A stretch of DNA of 64,000 nt from a virus. The notes under the pieces are model-generated. The model saw only the letters and a list, made by a program, of their open reading frames with translations, did not search any database and was not told where the DNA came from. This document shows positions 8,165-15,488 of the stretch, piece after piece (position 1 is the first letter of the stretch; each line of letters opens with the position of its first letter). Position numbers and translations under genes: made by a program. The stretch lies in IMG/VR virus record IMGVR_UViG_3300027503_000002. One strand, written 5' to 3'.

Positions 8165-8860
8165 ATGAAACTTAACTTGCTCTCCTGCAATTCCGATGCG
8201 AAAACCTCCAAGGGCGAGGCTTTCGGGTGGCTGACGGCAATCCTTTACCTTGCGCCCGCGCGCCTTGCGGGCCGTGGCGAGGTTTGCAAGTGGCGCTCAA
8301 AAAACTGCACGCTTGCGTGCCTTTACACCGCCGGACGCGGTCAAATGAATTCCGTGCAAGCTGCGCGCGTGCGCCGGACGCAACTGTTTTTCGATGATTT
8401 CGCCACCTTCAAGGCTCTTTTGCTTGCCGATATCGCCGCTTTCGTCAAGTACGCAATCGCGAACGGATTGAAGCCTTGCGTGCGTTTGAACGGAACGAGT
8501 GACATTTCGTGGGAGCGCCTCGGCATTTTCGACAAGTTCCCTTCCGTGCAATTCTACGATTACACAAAGTCACCTATCCGCGCGCTTCAATTTGCCAAGG
8601 GCGCGATGCCTTCAAATTATCACTTGACTTTCTCGCGCAGCGAGGAAAACGAGAGTCAGGCGCTCGATGTCCTTTGCAACGGCGGTAACGTGGCGGCGGT
8701 CTTCCTTTCTTCAGTCTTCCCGAAAACTTGGAACGGTTTCCAAGTGGTGGACGGTGACCGGCACGACTTGCGCTTTCTTGACGGCGCGAACAAACTGGTT
8801 GCCCTAAAGGCAAAGGGCAAAGCAAAGCAAGACGTTTCCGGCTTTGTCATCCGTGCGTGA
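8165..8860 (+). CDS. Gp88-like protein (Cys-motif, possibly Fe-S binding)
   Basis: ATG 8165, 8 nt after TATTCT; C-x5-C-x3-C (CKWRSKNCTLAC), RLNGTSDI, FYDYTK, NYHLTFS, DGDRHDLRFLD motifs. Confidence 0.65.
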   Translation: MKLNLLSCNSDAKTSKGEAFGWLTAILYLAPARLAGRGEVCKWRSKNCTLACLYTAGRGQMNSVQAARVRRTQLFFDDFATFKALLLADIAAFVKYAIANGLKPCVRLNGTSDISWERLGIFDKFPSVQFYDYTKSPIRALQFAKGAMPSNYHLTFSRSEENESQALDVLCNGGNVAAVFLSSVFPKTWNGFQVVDGDRHDLRFLDGANKLVALKAKGKAKQDVSGFVIRA

Positions 8861-8981
8861 CGCAAACTTTTTCTTTTCTGTTCTACTGTTTCTCCTAGTA
8901 GTAGCTTTTCTACTGACAAAGCGAAGTTTGAAGAAATAGCGCCGCCGAGAGCCCCCGCCCCTTGTCAAGGGGTGGGGACGA

Positions 8982-9016
8982 TTTTTACATAATTTTTACA
9001 ACCGGGCCAGGCCCGG
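8982..9016 (-). repeat. conserved intergenic palindromic element, copy 5 (inverted)
   Basis: TTTTTACATAATTTTTACAA-CCGGGCCAGGCCCGG is the reverse orientation; sits where + and - transcription converge. Confidence 0.9.
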
Positions 9017-9050
9017 CCAAAGTGGGGAATTTTCCCCACCCTGCCGCCCC

Positions 9051-9221
9051 TTAACTTACTTCAAAAGGCAATTCGGTTTGATAAGTCTCCCACTTAGCTT
9101 CCGCCTCGTCTTTATCGGTATTTTCAAGGTCAAGGTCAATGATCTCAACCTCTATGTCAACAGAGGAGCGGATGCCTTGAATGGCGCCGCCCTCAACCCA
9201 GATTGCAATTTTGTTTTTCAT
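9051..9221 (-). CDS. small acidic protein (56 aa, not in ORF track)
   Basis: Read by hand: MKNKIAIWVEGGAIQGIRSSVDIEVEIIDLD...; ATGA overlap with the hydrolase gene. Confidence 0.65.
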   Translation of the reverse strand: MKNKIAIWVEGGAIQGIRSSVDIEVEIIDLDLENTDKDEAEAKWETYQTELPFEVS

Positions 9222-9661
9222 CGGTAAAAAACGTGATTTTTTATCTTAACAGTCTTTTTGAGCTTGCTTGCCCAACTGGGGGACACCGTTCCGTTGTGGT
9301 AATGCGTGGCGCCTTTCGTGTGGTTCGTGAGCTTGCCCCGCGCAATCTCCAGAGCAAGCGCCCAATTCTTGTGACGCTTTGCCTTTTCAATTCCCGTGCC
9401 GACAGCAAGACCGTTCCAACAAGAGAATTGCTTGGGGGCGAGGCAAACGATCATCTCGCCCTTGCCCTTGGCACGATTGGCGATCACTTCGCGGACCGCC
9501 TCCATACCTTCGCGCCCCTCGCCGCCCGCCTCCATAATGAGGGTAGCGGCGACCACTTCAGTCTGGGAGACTGTAACCGTGACGCTCTGCACTTGCGGCA
9601 ACGAAGCCGCCCCAGAAAAGGTCGCTGTCAGAAGCAGGAGGGAAACCATTTTGTTTTGCAT
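9218..9661 (-). CDS. cell wall hydrolase, SleB/Hydrolase_2 family, with signal peptide
   Basis: TLIMEAGGEG..GM.AV..VI.NR, PKQFSCWN, GATHYH, IKNHVFY; hydrophobic N-terminus. Confidence 0.85.
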   Translation of the reverse strand: MQNKMVSLLLLTATFSGAASLPQVQSVTVTVSQTEVVAATLIMEAGGEGREGMEAVREVIANRAKGKGEMIVCLAPKQFSCWNGLAVGTGIEKAKRHKNWALALEIARGKLTNHTKGATHYHNGTVSPSWASKLKKTVKIKNHVFYR

Positions 9662-9730
9662 ATTCCTGAACTTTATCAGTGTTCCAATTGAACGCAAGGA
9701 TTAATTTCGCAATTTTGAAGACATTCATAC

Positions 9731-10030
9731 TTAGACGGTGATGCCCTTATGGGTGAAGTTACTGATCTTTTCGAGGTTGAAACTCTTGTAAGCGTGGCCC
9801 GTGGGCGTGTCCTCGTTGTTCGTCTTGACGGTCAAGAACTCGTTGCCAGCCTTGGAAACCACAATCGCTTTGCTTTCGTGCTCACCCCAAACGCGGTGGC
9901 CGAAAGGCTTGTAGCCGATCACGCCGTTGCGGCGCTTAGTCGCGCCGTCCTTGTCAGGGTAGTCAAACGACACGATAGCGGCGCCGTTGGCAACGATCTT
10001 CTCGATGATGGAACGTAGGTTGTTATTCAT
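9731..10030 (-). CDS. WYL-like/SH3-barrel small protein
   Basis: VSFDY.DKDG..KRR...YKSFNLEKI pattern; own promoter TTGATC-16-TATCTT at 10067-10040. Confidence 0.5.
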   Translation of the reverse strand: MNNNLRSIIEKIVANGAAIVSFDYPDKDGATKRRNGVIGYKPFGHRVWGEHESKAIVVSKAGNEFLTVKTNNEDTPTGHAYKSFNLEKISNFTHKGITV

Positions 10031-10063
10031 ACGGGAAACAAGATACCACAGGCCAAGCGCCGA

Positions 10064-10600
10064 TCAAGCGTTTTCCTCATCTTCTTGCGGCTCCCACCCA
10101 AAGTGTTCGCGCACAAATTCTTGCCAATCTTTTTTGTTCGATTCTTCCAAGGTCAAGCTCACGGTCTCGATAGTTTCGCCCTCATTGAAGATTTCATAGC
10201 CCGCAAAACCGTTGCCTTCCTCGGCGTAGATGATTTGGAAGTTCGCGGGAAACATCGCAGAAAGCTTTTTGATTGCAATGGTGGGCGGGCTCCAAGCCGA
10301 ATCAAAAGAAAAAAACATCATATTTTCATTGCTCGACACCTCGTCAAACTCGGCTTCGATGTCCCATTTGGTGCCCCAATTATGCACGTTCCAGTCGTAC
10401 CAGTTGTCGTAACCGTACTTCACGACAAAGGCGATGCTTTCCTCTTCTGTTCCCTTGAACGGAGCTTGACGCTCGATCAATTCGTTGGGCGTGGGGGCAA
10501 TCTTGGCAAGGGTCAACTCGACATCTTCACCCAGCCACTCACGGAAGGCGGTCAAGTCTTTTCCCCAGACGAGCAATTTGTTTTGGCACCAGTTTGGCAT
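10064..10600 (-). CDS. DUF1281/Api92-like ferredoxin-fold protein
   Basis: MPNWCQN start (ATG 10600), WYDWNVHNWGTKWD and FDSAWSPP motifs. Confidence 0.7.
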   Translation of the reverse strand: MPNWCQNKLLVWGKDLTAFREWLGEDVELTLAKIAPTPNELIERQAPFKGTEEESIAFVVKYGYDNWYDWNVHNWGTKWDIEAEFDEVSSNENMMFFSFDSAWSPPTIAIKKLSAMFPANFQIIYAEEGNGFAGYEIFNEGETIETVSLTLEESNKKDWQEFVREHFGWEPQEDEENA

Positions 10601-10720
10601 AGGTCGGCAAACTGACAGACTGTGGGCGCTGTGCAAGCTTTTTTTTGCTAAAAAATTAGCAAATCAGCAAATACGAAATAGACAAATAAAAGTTTGGGGG
10701 GGGCAGGGGGGGGAAGTCAA

Positions 10721-10779
10721 TACGTAGAACTACGTAGTGGCCGGGCCAGGCCCGGTTGTAAAAAAATGGTAAAAAAAAA
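10721..10779 (+). repeat. conserved intergenic palindromic element, copy 6
   Basis: TACGTAG-AA-CTACGTA + CCGGGCCAGGCCCGG (10741-10755) + TTGTAAAAAAATGGTAAAAA. Confidence 0.95.
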
Positions 10780-10799
10780 GGGGGGCTTGCGCCCCCCCG
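10771..10799 (-). terminator. intrinsic terminator
   Basis: A9 followed by GGGGGGC-TTGC-GCCCCCC, directly after the stop of 11130-10801. Confidence 0.7.
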
Positions 10800-10800
10800 C

Positions 10801-11130
10801 TCACACCCCGTCGTCCTCCCAAGGGTTGTAGTAGCCCCCCTCGTTCCGCTCCTCCCAATAGGAGTCCAGATGGGCGTCCTCGGCGGGGTGCGCGGGCTGG
10901 TAGTCCTCGTTGGTGCCGTGCCCAGCGGAGGCGAGGGCGTCGCCGTCAGCCTCGGCGTCGCTGCGGAAGCCGTCAAACGGCTCGTCGCTGTCCTGCTCGG
11001 CAACGAGGTAGGCCGAATTGAGGTTGTCGATGATGGTCTCCAGTTGGGGCATATTGACGCGACCGCTGACATCGCGCAGGGCGGACAGAACAAGGGAGGC
11101 TTCGGTGAGGGTGAGGGGCAGGTTGATCAT
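10801..11130 (-). CDS. acidic hypothetical early protein
   Basis: D/E-rich (DAEADGDALASAGHGTNEDY); promoter TTGACC-16-CATTCT at 11182-11155. Confidence 0.65.
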   Translation of the reverse strand: MINLPLTLTEASLVLSALRDVSGRVNMPQLETIIDNLNSAYLVAEQDSDEPFDGFRSDAEADGDALASAGHGTNEDYQPAHPAEDAHLDSYWEERNEGGYYNPWEDDGV

Positions 11131-11193
11131 AGGATGATGATGGTTGCAGGACAGAGAATGACTCAGTTTTGCGTGCGGTCAATTTTTATTTGG

Positions 11194-11279
11194 TAAGTAG
11201 AACTACGTATTGACCGGGCCGGGCCCGGTTGTAAAAAATTTGTAAAAATGCATCTCTACGTATTACTACCTACTTGACA
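11194..11279 (+). repeat. conserved intergenic palindromic element, copy 7 (with right arm)
   Basis: TAAGTAGAACTACGTA + CCGGGCCGGGCCCGG + TTGTAAAAAATTTGTAAAAA + degenerate CTACGTA site + TTGACA. Confidence 0.9.
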
Positions 11280-11312
11280 AGGTTATGTAAGATTTTCCGA
11301 CACAACAGGGCG

Positions 11313-11334
11313 AAAAAAAAGGGGCTTTCGCCCC
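11313..11334 (-). terminator. intrinsic terminator
   Basis: A8-GGGGC-TTTC-GCCCC. Confidence 0.65.
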
Positions 11335-11343
11335 CCGCTAGGG

Positions 11344-11574
11344 TTAACCCTGCCACTCCCTGCGGGGCAGGGGGTAGTACGGCTCGGTGTTGAAATCGGC
11401 CAGCGCATCGCGCAGGCACGCGCGGACGATGGCGTCGTCCTCGATGATATCGCCGTCCAGATTTTCAACGACGATGTCGAGCACCTCGGCGCGACCGTTG
11501 CGCGTCGCCTCAAGCTCCGCGCGGTAGAAGTAAACTTCGCCGTTGATGGTGATTTCCACAGGTTCAATGTTCAT
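11344..11574 (-). CDS. hypothetical early protein
   Basis: Leaderless arrangement TTGCGG-16-TACTCT-7-ATG. Confidence 0.65.
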   Translation of the reverse strand: MNIEPVEITINGEVYFYRAELEATRNGRAEVLDIVVENLDGDIIEDDAIVRACLRDALADFNTEPYYPLPRREWQG

Positions 11575-11634
11575 GAGAGAGAGAGTAAGGAGAGAGAGGG
11601 TAACCGCAAGCTTTTTTTCGTGTTTTTTTAGTAG

Positions 11635-11660
11635 AAAAAAGGGGGCGATTTCTCGCCCCC
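11635..11660 (-). terminator. intrinsic terminator
   Basis: A6-GGGGGCGA-TTTC-TCGCCCCC. Confidence 0.7.
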
Positions 11661-11667
11661 GAGAGAT

Positions 11668-11853
11668 TCAGGAAGTCGGGCCGGTGTCAAGGCCCACATC
11701 GGCGCCGTATTGAAACGTGCGGTCCCAAGCGTCTTCTTCCGCGACGAACAGCGCAGCCATATCGTCCAGAAACTTTTTCATCCCGATATGGTCAACGTCC
11801 GACATCGGGGAGTAGTGGTCCTTCTTGAGGGCGGGGGGATTAATGATGTTCAC
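11668..11853 (-). CDS. hypothetical early protein
   Basis: GTG start at 11853, 7 nt after TTGTGT-16-CATTCT. Confidence 0.55.
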   Translation of the reverse strand: MNIINPPALKKDHYSPMSDVDHIGMKKFLDDMAALFVAEEDAWDRTFQYGADVGLDTGPTS

Positions 11854-11943
11854 AGGGGAGAGAATGAACCGCGCGCAGCCGAACACAAGCTTTTTTTTGA
11901 TTATTTTCGGGACATTTTCCGTGCCAAGGGGTGCAAGAAACCT

Positions 11944-12038
11944 TGTCAATGCGTAGAACTACGTATTTTTTGGCCGGGCCAGGCCCGGTTGTAAAAATTT
12001 TGTAAAACTAACGATCTACGTAGAAGTACCCATTGACA
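11944..12038 (+). repeat. conserved intergenic palindromic element, copy 8 (both arms)
   Basis: TGTCAA-TGCGTAGAACTACGTA-CCGGGCCAGGCCCGG-TTGTAAAAATTTTGTAAAA-CTACGTAGAAGTAC-TTGACA. Confidence 0.95.
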
Positions 12039-12080
12039 CACCCCCTGTAAGCTTTTCCTACAGGGGGGTGTCGGGAAACC

Positions 12081-12329
12081 TTACCAGACGATCTTGCCCA
12101 CCTTGCCCCCGCTGTTGCGGGTCTCGGCTTCGGCCTGATAGCCTTGCAAGATGGACACCATCGCAGCGGCGAGGGCGTTGCTCTGCTCCCAAGTCAAGTC
12201 GGGAACGGCCTTTTTGAAGTCGCTCGCGTGGCAGAACGGGCTCGCGTTCAGCGCGCGCGTGGCGAAGTAGAAGTTGGCGCGATCCGCATTGATCTGCGCT
12301 TCGGTCTTGTGGATGGTCTGGTATTCCAT
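12081..12329 (-). CDS. hypothetical early protein
   Basis: 82-aa ORF downstream of 12570-12367. Confidence 0.6.
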   Translation of the reverse strand: MEYQTIHKTEAQINADRANFYFATRALNASPFCHASDFKKAVPDLTWEQSNALAAAMVSILQGYQAEAETRNSGGKVGKIVW

Positions 12330-12366
12330 TTTTTTGGGTGGGTTGAGGTTGAGGGAAAGGATGGGA

Positions 12367-12570
12367 TTACTTGCCGAGATAGCAAGCGATTTCTTCGCGC
12401 GTGGCGTGACGGAAAAAGGTCACGGCGGAGACGTTAGTTTCAGCGTGGTGACGGTGGACAACGTTGCCGTTGTCCTGCAAAACCGCGCGCTCGACGCGCC
12501 CAAGCTTGGTGTGGAAGTAGAGGCGACCGCGCTTGAGGACATTCAGCTTGTTTTCAGTATTGGTATTCAT
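12367..12570 (-). CDS. hypothetical early protein
   Basis: Promoter TTGCGG-16-TATTCT at 12608-12581, ATG 10 nt later. Confidence 0.6.
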   Translation of the reverse strand: MNTNTENKLNVLKRGRLYFHTKLGRVERAVLQDNGNVVHRHHAETNVSAVTFFRHATREEIACYLGK

Positions 12571-12808
12571 TACGTCCCCGAGAATAGGGGCGCGGCACCG
12601 TGCCGCAAGCTTTTTTTTGATTTTTTAATGCGATTGGAAACACCCTCCCCCATTTCCAAAAAAACGCCCCCGCGATTCCCAGGGCAACGGCGGGGGGTGG
12701 TTTTTAGTCCGCATTCCCCCATTTTTAACCATTTGAAACTCCCTTTATCTCTCCTTTATGTTTATCCCTATATATATCCCCCCCCCACCCGTATTTATAA
12801 AAAACAAT

Positions 12809-12830
12809 AAAAAAGCCCCCAGATGGGGGC
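12809..12830 (-). terminator. intrinsic terminator ending the 16.9-12.9 kb minus-strand block
   Basis: A6-GCCCCC-AGAT-GGGGGC. Confidence 0.6.
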
Positions 12831-12863
12831 CGAGGGGAACGAAAAAACCGGGCGGACCCAGTT

Positions 12864-12965
12864 TCACCAATGGTGAATAATGTTGACTATCAACGCGATA
12901 TCAGCAATTATCGCGAGAATCATTAGAACGAATTGGAACTTTTCGCTTTTTGTATCAAATGTCAT
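12864..12965 (-). CDS. 33-aa membrane peptide (not in ORF track)
   Basis: Read by hand: MTFDTKSEKFQFVLMILAIIADIALIVNIIHHW, overlapping the end of the APS kinase gene. Confidence 0.4.
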   Translation of the reverse strand: MTFDTKSEKFQFVLMILAIIADIALIVNIIHHW

Positions 12966-13395
12966 AGTGGTTTTGTTTGGAAAGGATCATTTTGGCAGCT
13001 ACTTCGGCCCAGAGAGCGGGCGAACCGCCTTCTGTTATTATTAAATCAGGAGCCAGCGGGGGCTCAAACAGCTTTGTTGTGTCGGGATAATGGCGGCAGG
13101 GTTTTCGATCAATAAAAATCATAAAAAAATCATCCCCGAAAGCTTTTCTGGTGGCAAAAGTGGGACATACAAAATCAGCAATAACATAATTGTCGCTCCT
13201 AGCAACAATGTCGCACAATATCCCCATTCTTCTACTGTGCTCAATTCTATCCTCAACCGAGAACCCCAAGTCTTTATGAATCTCTTTTCTTATCTCGTCG
13301 GCGTTTAGGTGAACGGCGCCCAACATCTCTGCGAGGTGCTTGGCGAGCGTTGTCTTCCCCACGCCCGGCAATCCCATTACTAGTATCTTCTTCAT
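12955..13395 (-). CDS. cysC: adenylylsulfate (APS) kinase-like P-loop kinase
   Basis: GLPGVGKTT, LNADEIRK..KDLGFSVEDRIE, ADFVCP, FEPP motifs of the APS kinase family. Confidence 0.75.
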   Translation of the reverse strand: MKKILVMGLPGVGKTTLAKHLAEMLGAVHLNADEIRKEIHKDLGFSVEDRIEHSRRMGILCDIVARSDNYVIADFVCPTFATRKAFGDDFFMIFIDRKPCRHYPDTTKLFEPPLAPDLIITEGGSPALWAEVAAKMILSKQNHYDI

Positions 13396-13436
13396 TCAGC
13401 AGCTTTATTAAATCTTTAATCAGTATAGCTTTACCT

Positions 13437-13979
13437 TTATGCTCTGTCCAGTGCTCTTTCGGGAGTCTCTTTAATAATTCTATTTGATTCATTGATGTCG
13501 GCGTCCAAGCGCGAGATTAAGTTGGTTAGCTCCTTCTCTGAGAAGTGCTGGACTGGATAACCCTCAAACGCTGAAACTTGATAGTACATAACAGTTGTGG
13601 AGATCTTCCGCAAAAACTCTATCTTGTTTCGGTTCTCTCTGCGAGGAAGGTTATCGAAGAGATAAGCCCTTGGCGCCAAAATATTTGGGGCCGAACGATT
13701 CGCAACGTGAGTGCGCGAGAAGATGCGGTGCGTTGGGAAATCCAGCTTAAAGACGTTATTCATCTCCAAGGCATAGTCGTGGGTAGCAATGGTGAGCATA
13801 TGCACTTGGCCCCGGTTCCTTAGCATTTTGAGGAGTTGTCGTGCGCCATTACGCAAAATAACATCATAGTCCTCATTACCCGCCCTAACTCTGACTGCAT
13901 CGTCAGCAGGACGAGTTACTGGGTAGGTAGAATGGATTAGAGTCTCGTCGAGATCGACGAATATAGGAATGTTATTCAT
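13437..13979 (-). CDS. HAD-superfamily (FCP1/NIF-like) phosphatase
   Basis: FVDLDETLIHS motif I; LRNG, IFSR, LFDN. Confidence 0.7.
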   Translation of the reverse strand: MNNIPIFVDLDETLIHSTYPVTRPADDAVRVRAGNEDYDVILRNGARQLLKMLRNRGQVHMLTIATHDYALEMNNVFKLDFPTHRIFSRTHVANRSAPNILAPRAYLFDNLPRRENRNKIEFLRKISTTVMYYQVSAFEGYPVQHFSEKELTNLISRLDADINESNRIIKETPERALDRA

Positions 13980-14176
13980 TTACCAGAAACAACTTGAACA
14001 GCGTACTCATCATCATTGATTACAAACGACCAGAAGATTTCCATCTCCTCTTCTGAGGAAAGGCCAATTTGCTTTGCTAATTTCTCAATATCAGCATCAC
14101 TTTTCTTGTAGTAAGCATCTCTTTCTTTTCTGATCCTTCTTATTTCCTTCAGGTATTTCTTTTGAATATTAATCAT
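13976..14176 (-). CDS. hypothetical protein
   Basis: Coupled ORF in the minus-strand operon. Confidence 0.55.
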   Translation of the reverse strand: MINIQKKYLKEIRRIRKERDAYYKKSDADIEKLAKQIGLSSEEEMEIFWSFVINDDEYAVQVVSGK

Positions 14177-14415
14177 GGTTCTTTGGTATACTGAAAAACT
14201 TTGCCAGCAGTTGCGCTGCCAAAAAGTAGGCCACAGAATGCAGTGACGCTGCTGGGAATGTCAAGCATTTGTTGGCTGTAAATGCACAATCCCGCCCAAA
14301 TTAACAAGGGCAAGACAGCGGCAACCATACAAACGATAAACATTTGCAGTCGAATAGACGAAGGAGCCCCGTCGCCTTCTTGCAGAGAGCGGCCAATCCA
14401 ATTAAAAAACTTCAT
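14173..14415 (-). CDS. two-TM membrane protein (holin-like)
   Basis: PSSIRL followed by two hydrophobic helices. Confidence 0.45.
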   Translation of the reverse strand: MKFFNWIGRSLQEGDGAPSSIRLQMFIVCMVAAVLPLLIWAGLCIYSQQMLDIPSSVTAFCGLLFGSATAGKVFQYTKEP

Positions 14416-15485
14416 TTTACAACTAGCGTGAATGTCTCGCTGCTTCTTGTTCCAGAAGAGTTGGTGACAGTCACAGTGTAAGTTCCAGCATCTCCGCTAA
14501 CAACGTCAGGAATGTACAAGCTCGCAATGTTTGCGCCAACAATCGTTGTTCCGTTCTTTGCCCAAGTAAAGGTGAAAGGAGGAGTTGCGGAGCGGTCAAT
14601 CACCGCCTTTAGGGTGATAGTGTCGCCAATATAGGCCACCATTTCAAGAGAGAACAGGTCGCCATCAAGACCCCAAACATTGAGTCCGTACTTTGTTAAG
14701 GTGAACTTAGACCCGCGCGCGCGAGTTCTGAAAGCGTTGTCAGGATTCGTTAGAGTTACTCCTGTTGAGGGAAGAACAGTAACGTAAGAAGATTCTGATG
14801 TGTTTACGCCAGAAATCTGCGCGCCAACAGGGAGAATCTCTGAGCCTACAAACTCCTGTGGAATAACAAGAGTGATTCTTGATCCTGCTGGAGGATTGAA
14901 AACAATTGTGCCGCCAAGATCAGAAGCTCTCAAAATGTAGTCTGCCGTAACAGTATTAATCTTTAGAATTGTTGGCAGCGTTGCGGGCTTGTTTAAGATT
15001 TGCGCTGCGCCCGAAGCCGCATTCCAATCTGCGTTAACTTGTGATCCGATGCTGGATGGCTTGTTCAAGATCTGTGCGGGACCGGAAGTCGCGTTCCAGT
15101 CAGCATTCACAATCGTAGGCTTATTCAAAATTTGAGCTACGCCAGTTGTCGCATTCCAGTCCGCGTTGACTTGAGCAGCGGGAATAACCGGCTTGTTCAA
15201 GATCATTGAAACGCCAGAAGTCGCATTCCAATCCGCATTAATCTGAGGCGAATTATTTAATGTGGGCTTGTTCAGAATCATCGCTGGCCCAGATGTCGCA
15301 TTCCAGTCTGCGTTAACTGGCGAAACGATGGTTGGCTTATTGAGAATTAAAGCGGGACCAGAAGTTGCCGCCCAGTCCGCGTTTACCTGACGACCGTTAG
15401 ATCTTGAACTTTCAATTCTGGGATTCTCCGCAGAGAAAACTGGAAGCGAAAGGAATAAGAATGCGATTAATATTAACTTTTTCAT
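14412..15485 (-). CDS. secreted protein with six NADW..SG...ILNKP repeats and a C-terminal Ig-like domain
   Basis: Signal peptide; 6 repeats; FTWAKNG...DAGTYTVTVTN I-set Ig signature. Confidence 0.7.
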   Translation of the reverse strand: MKKLILIAFLFLSLPVFSAENPRIESSRSNGRQVNADWAATSGPALILNKPTIVSPVNADWNATSGPAMILNKPTLNNSPQINADWNATSGVSMILNKPVIPAAQVNADWNATTGVAQILNKPTIVNADWNATSGPAQILNKPSSIGSQVNADWNAASGAAQILNKPATLPTILKINTVTADYILRASDLGGTIVFNPPAGSRITLVIPQEFVGSEILPVGAQISGVNTSESSYVTVLPSTGVTLTNPDNAFRTRARGSKFTLTKYGLNVWGLDGDLFSLEMVAYIGDTITLKAVIDRSATPPFTFTWAKNGTTIVGANIASLYIPDVVSGDAGTYTVTVTNSSGTRSSETFTLVVK

Positions 15486-15488
15486 TGA

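Noticed and set aside
11910-11930. Sigma-54 promoter (TTGGCACG on the minus strand here and near 6570)
   Set aside because: The -12 element reads ATGT rather than TTGC; kept only as part of the shared flank of repeat copies 3 and 8.
5311-12038. CRISPR array interpretation of the palindromic repeats
   Set aside because: Spacing is about 0.5-1.7 kb and irregular, the intervals hold whole genes, and no cas genes are visible.
5311-12038. Integron attC cassette array
   Set aside because: No RYYYAAC...GTTRRRY core sites and no tyrosine integrase in the window; the units carry their own promoters.
5910-12810. Many overlapping opposite-strand ORFs in the GC-rich island (e.g. 5956-6474, 6822-7490, 9203-9691, 10085-10615, 12274-12810)
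   Set aside because: They are antisense to genes that have recognisable motifs, promoters and terminators, and are expected by chance at higher GC.
13274-13492. 72-aa minus-strand ORF
   Set aside because: Overlaps both the HAD phosphatase and APS kinase genes substantially; unsupported, though a short real peptide cannot be excluded.
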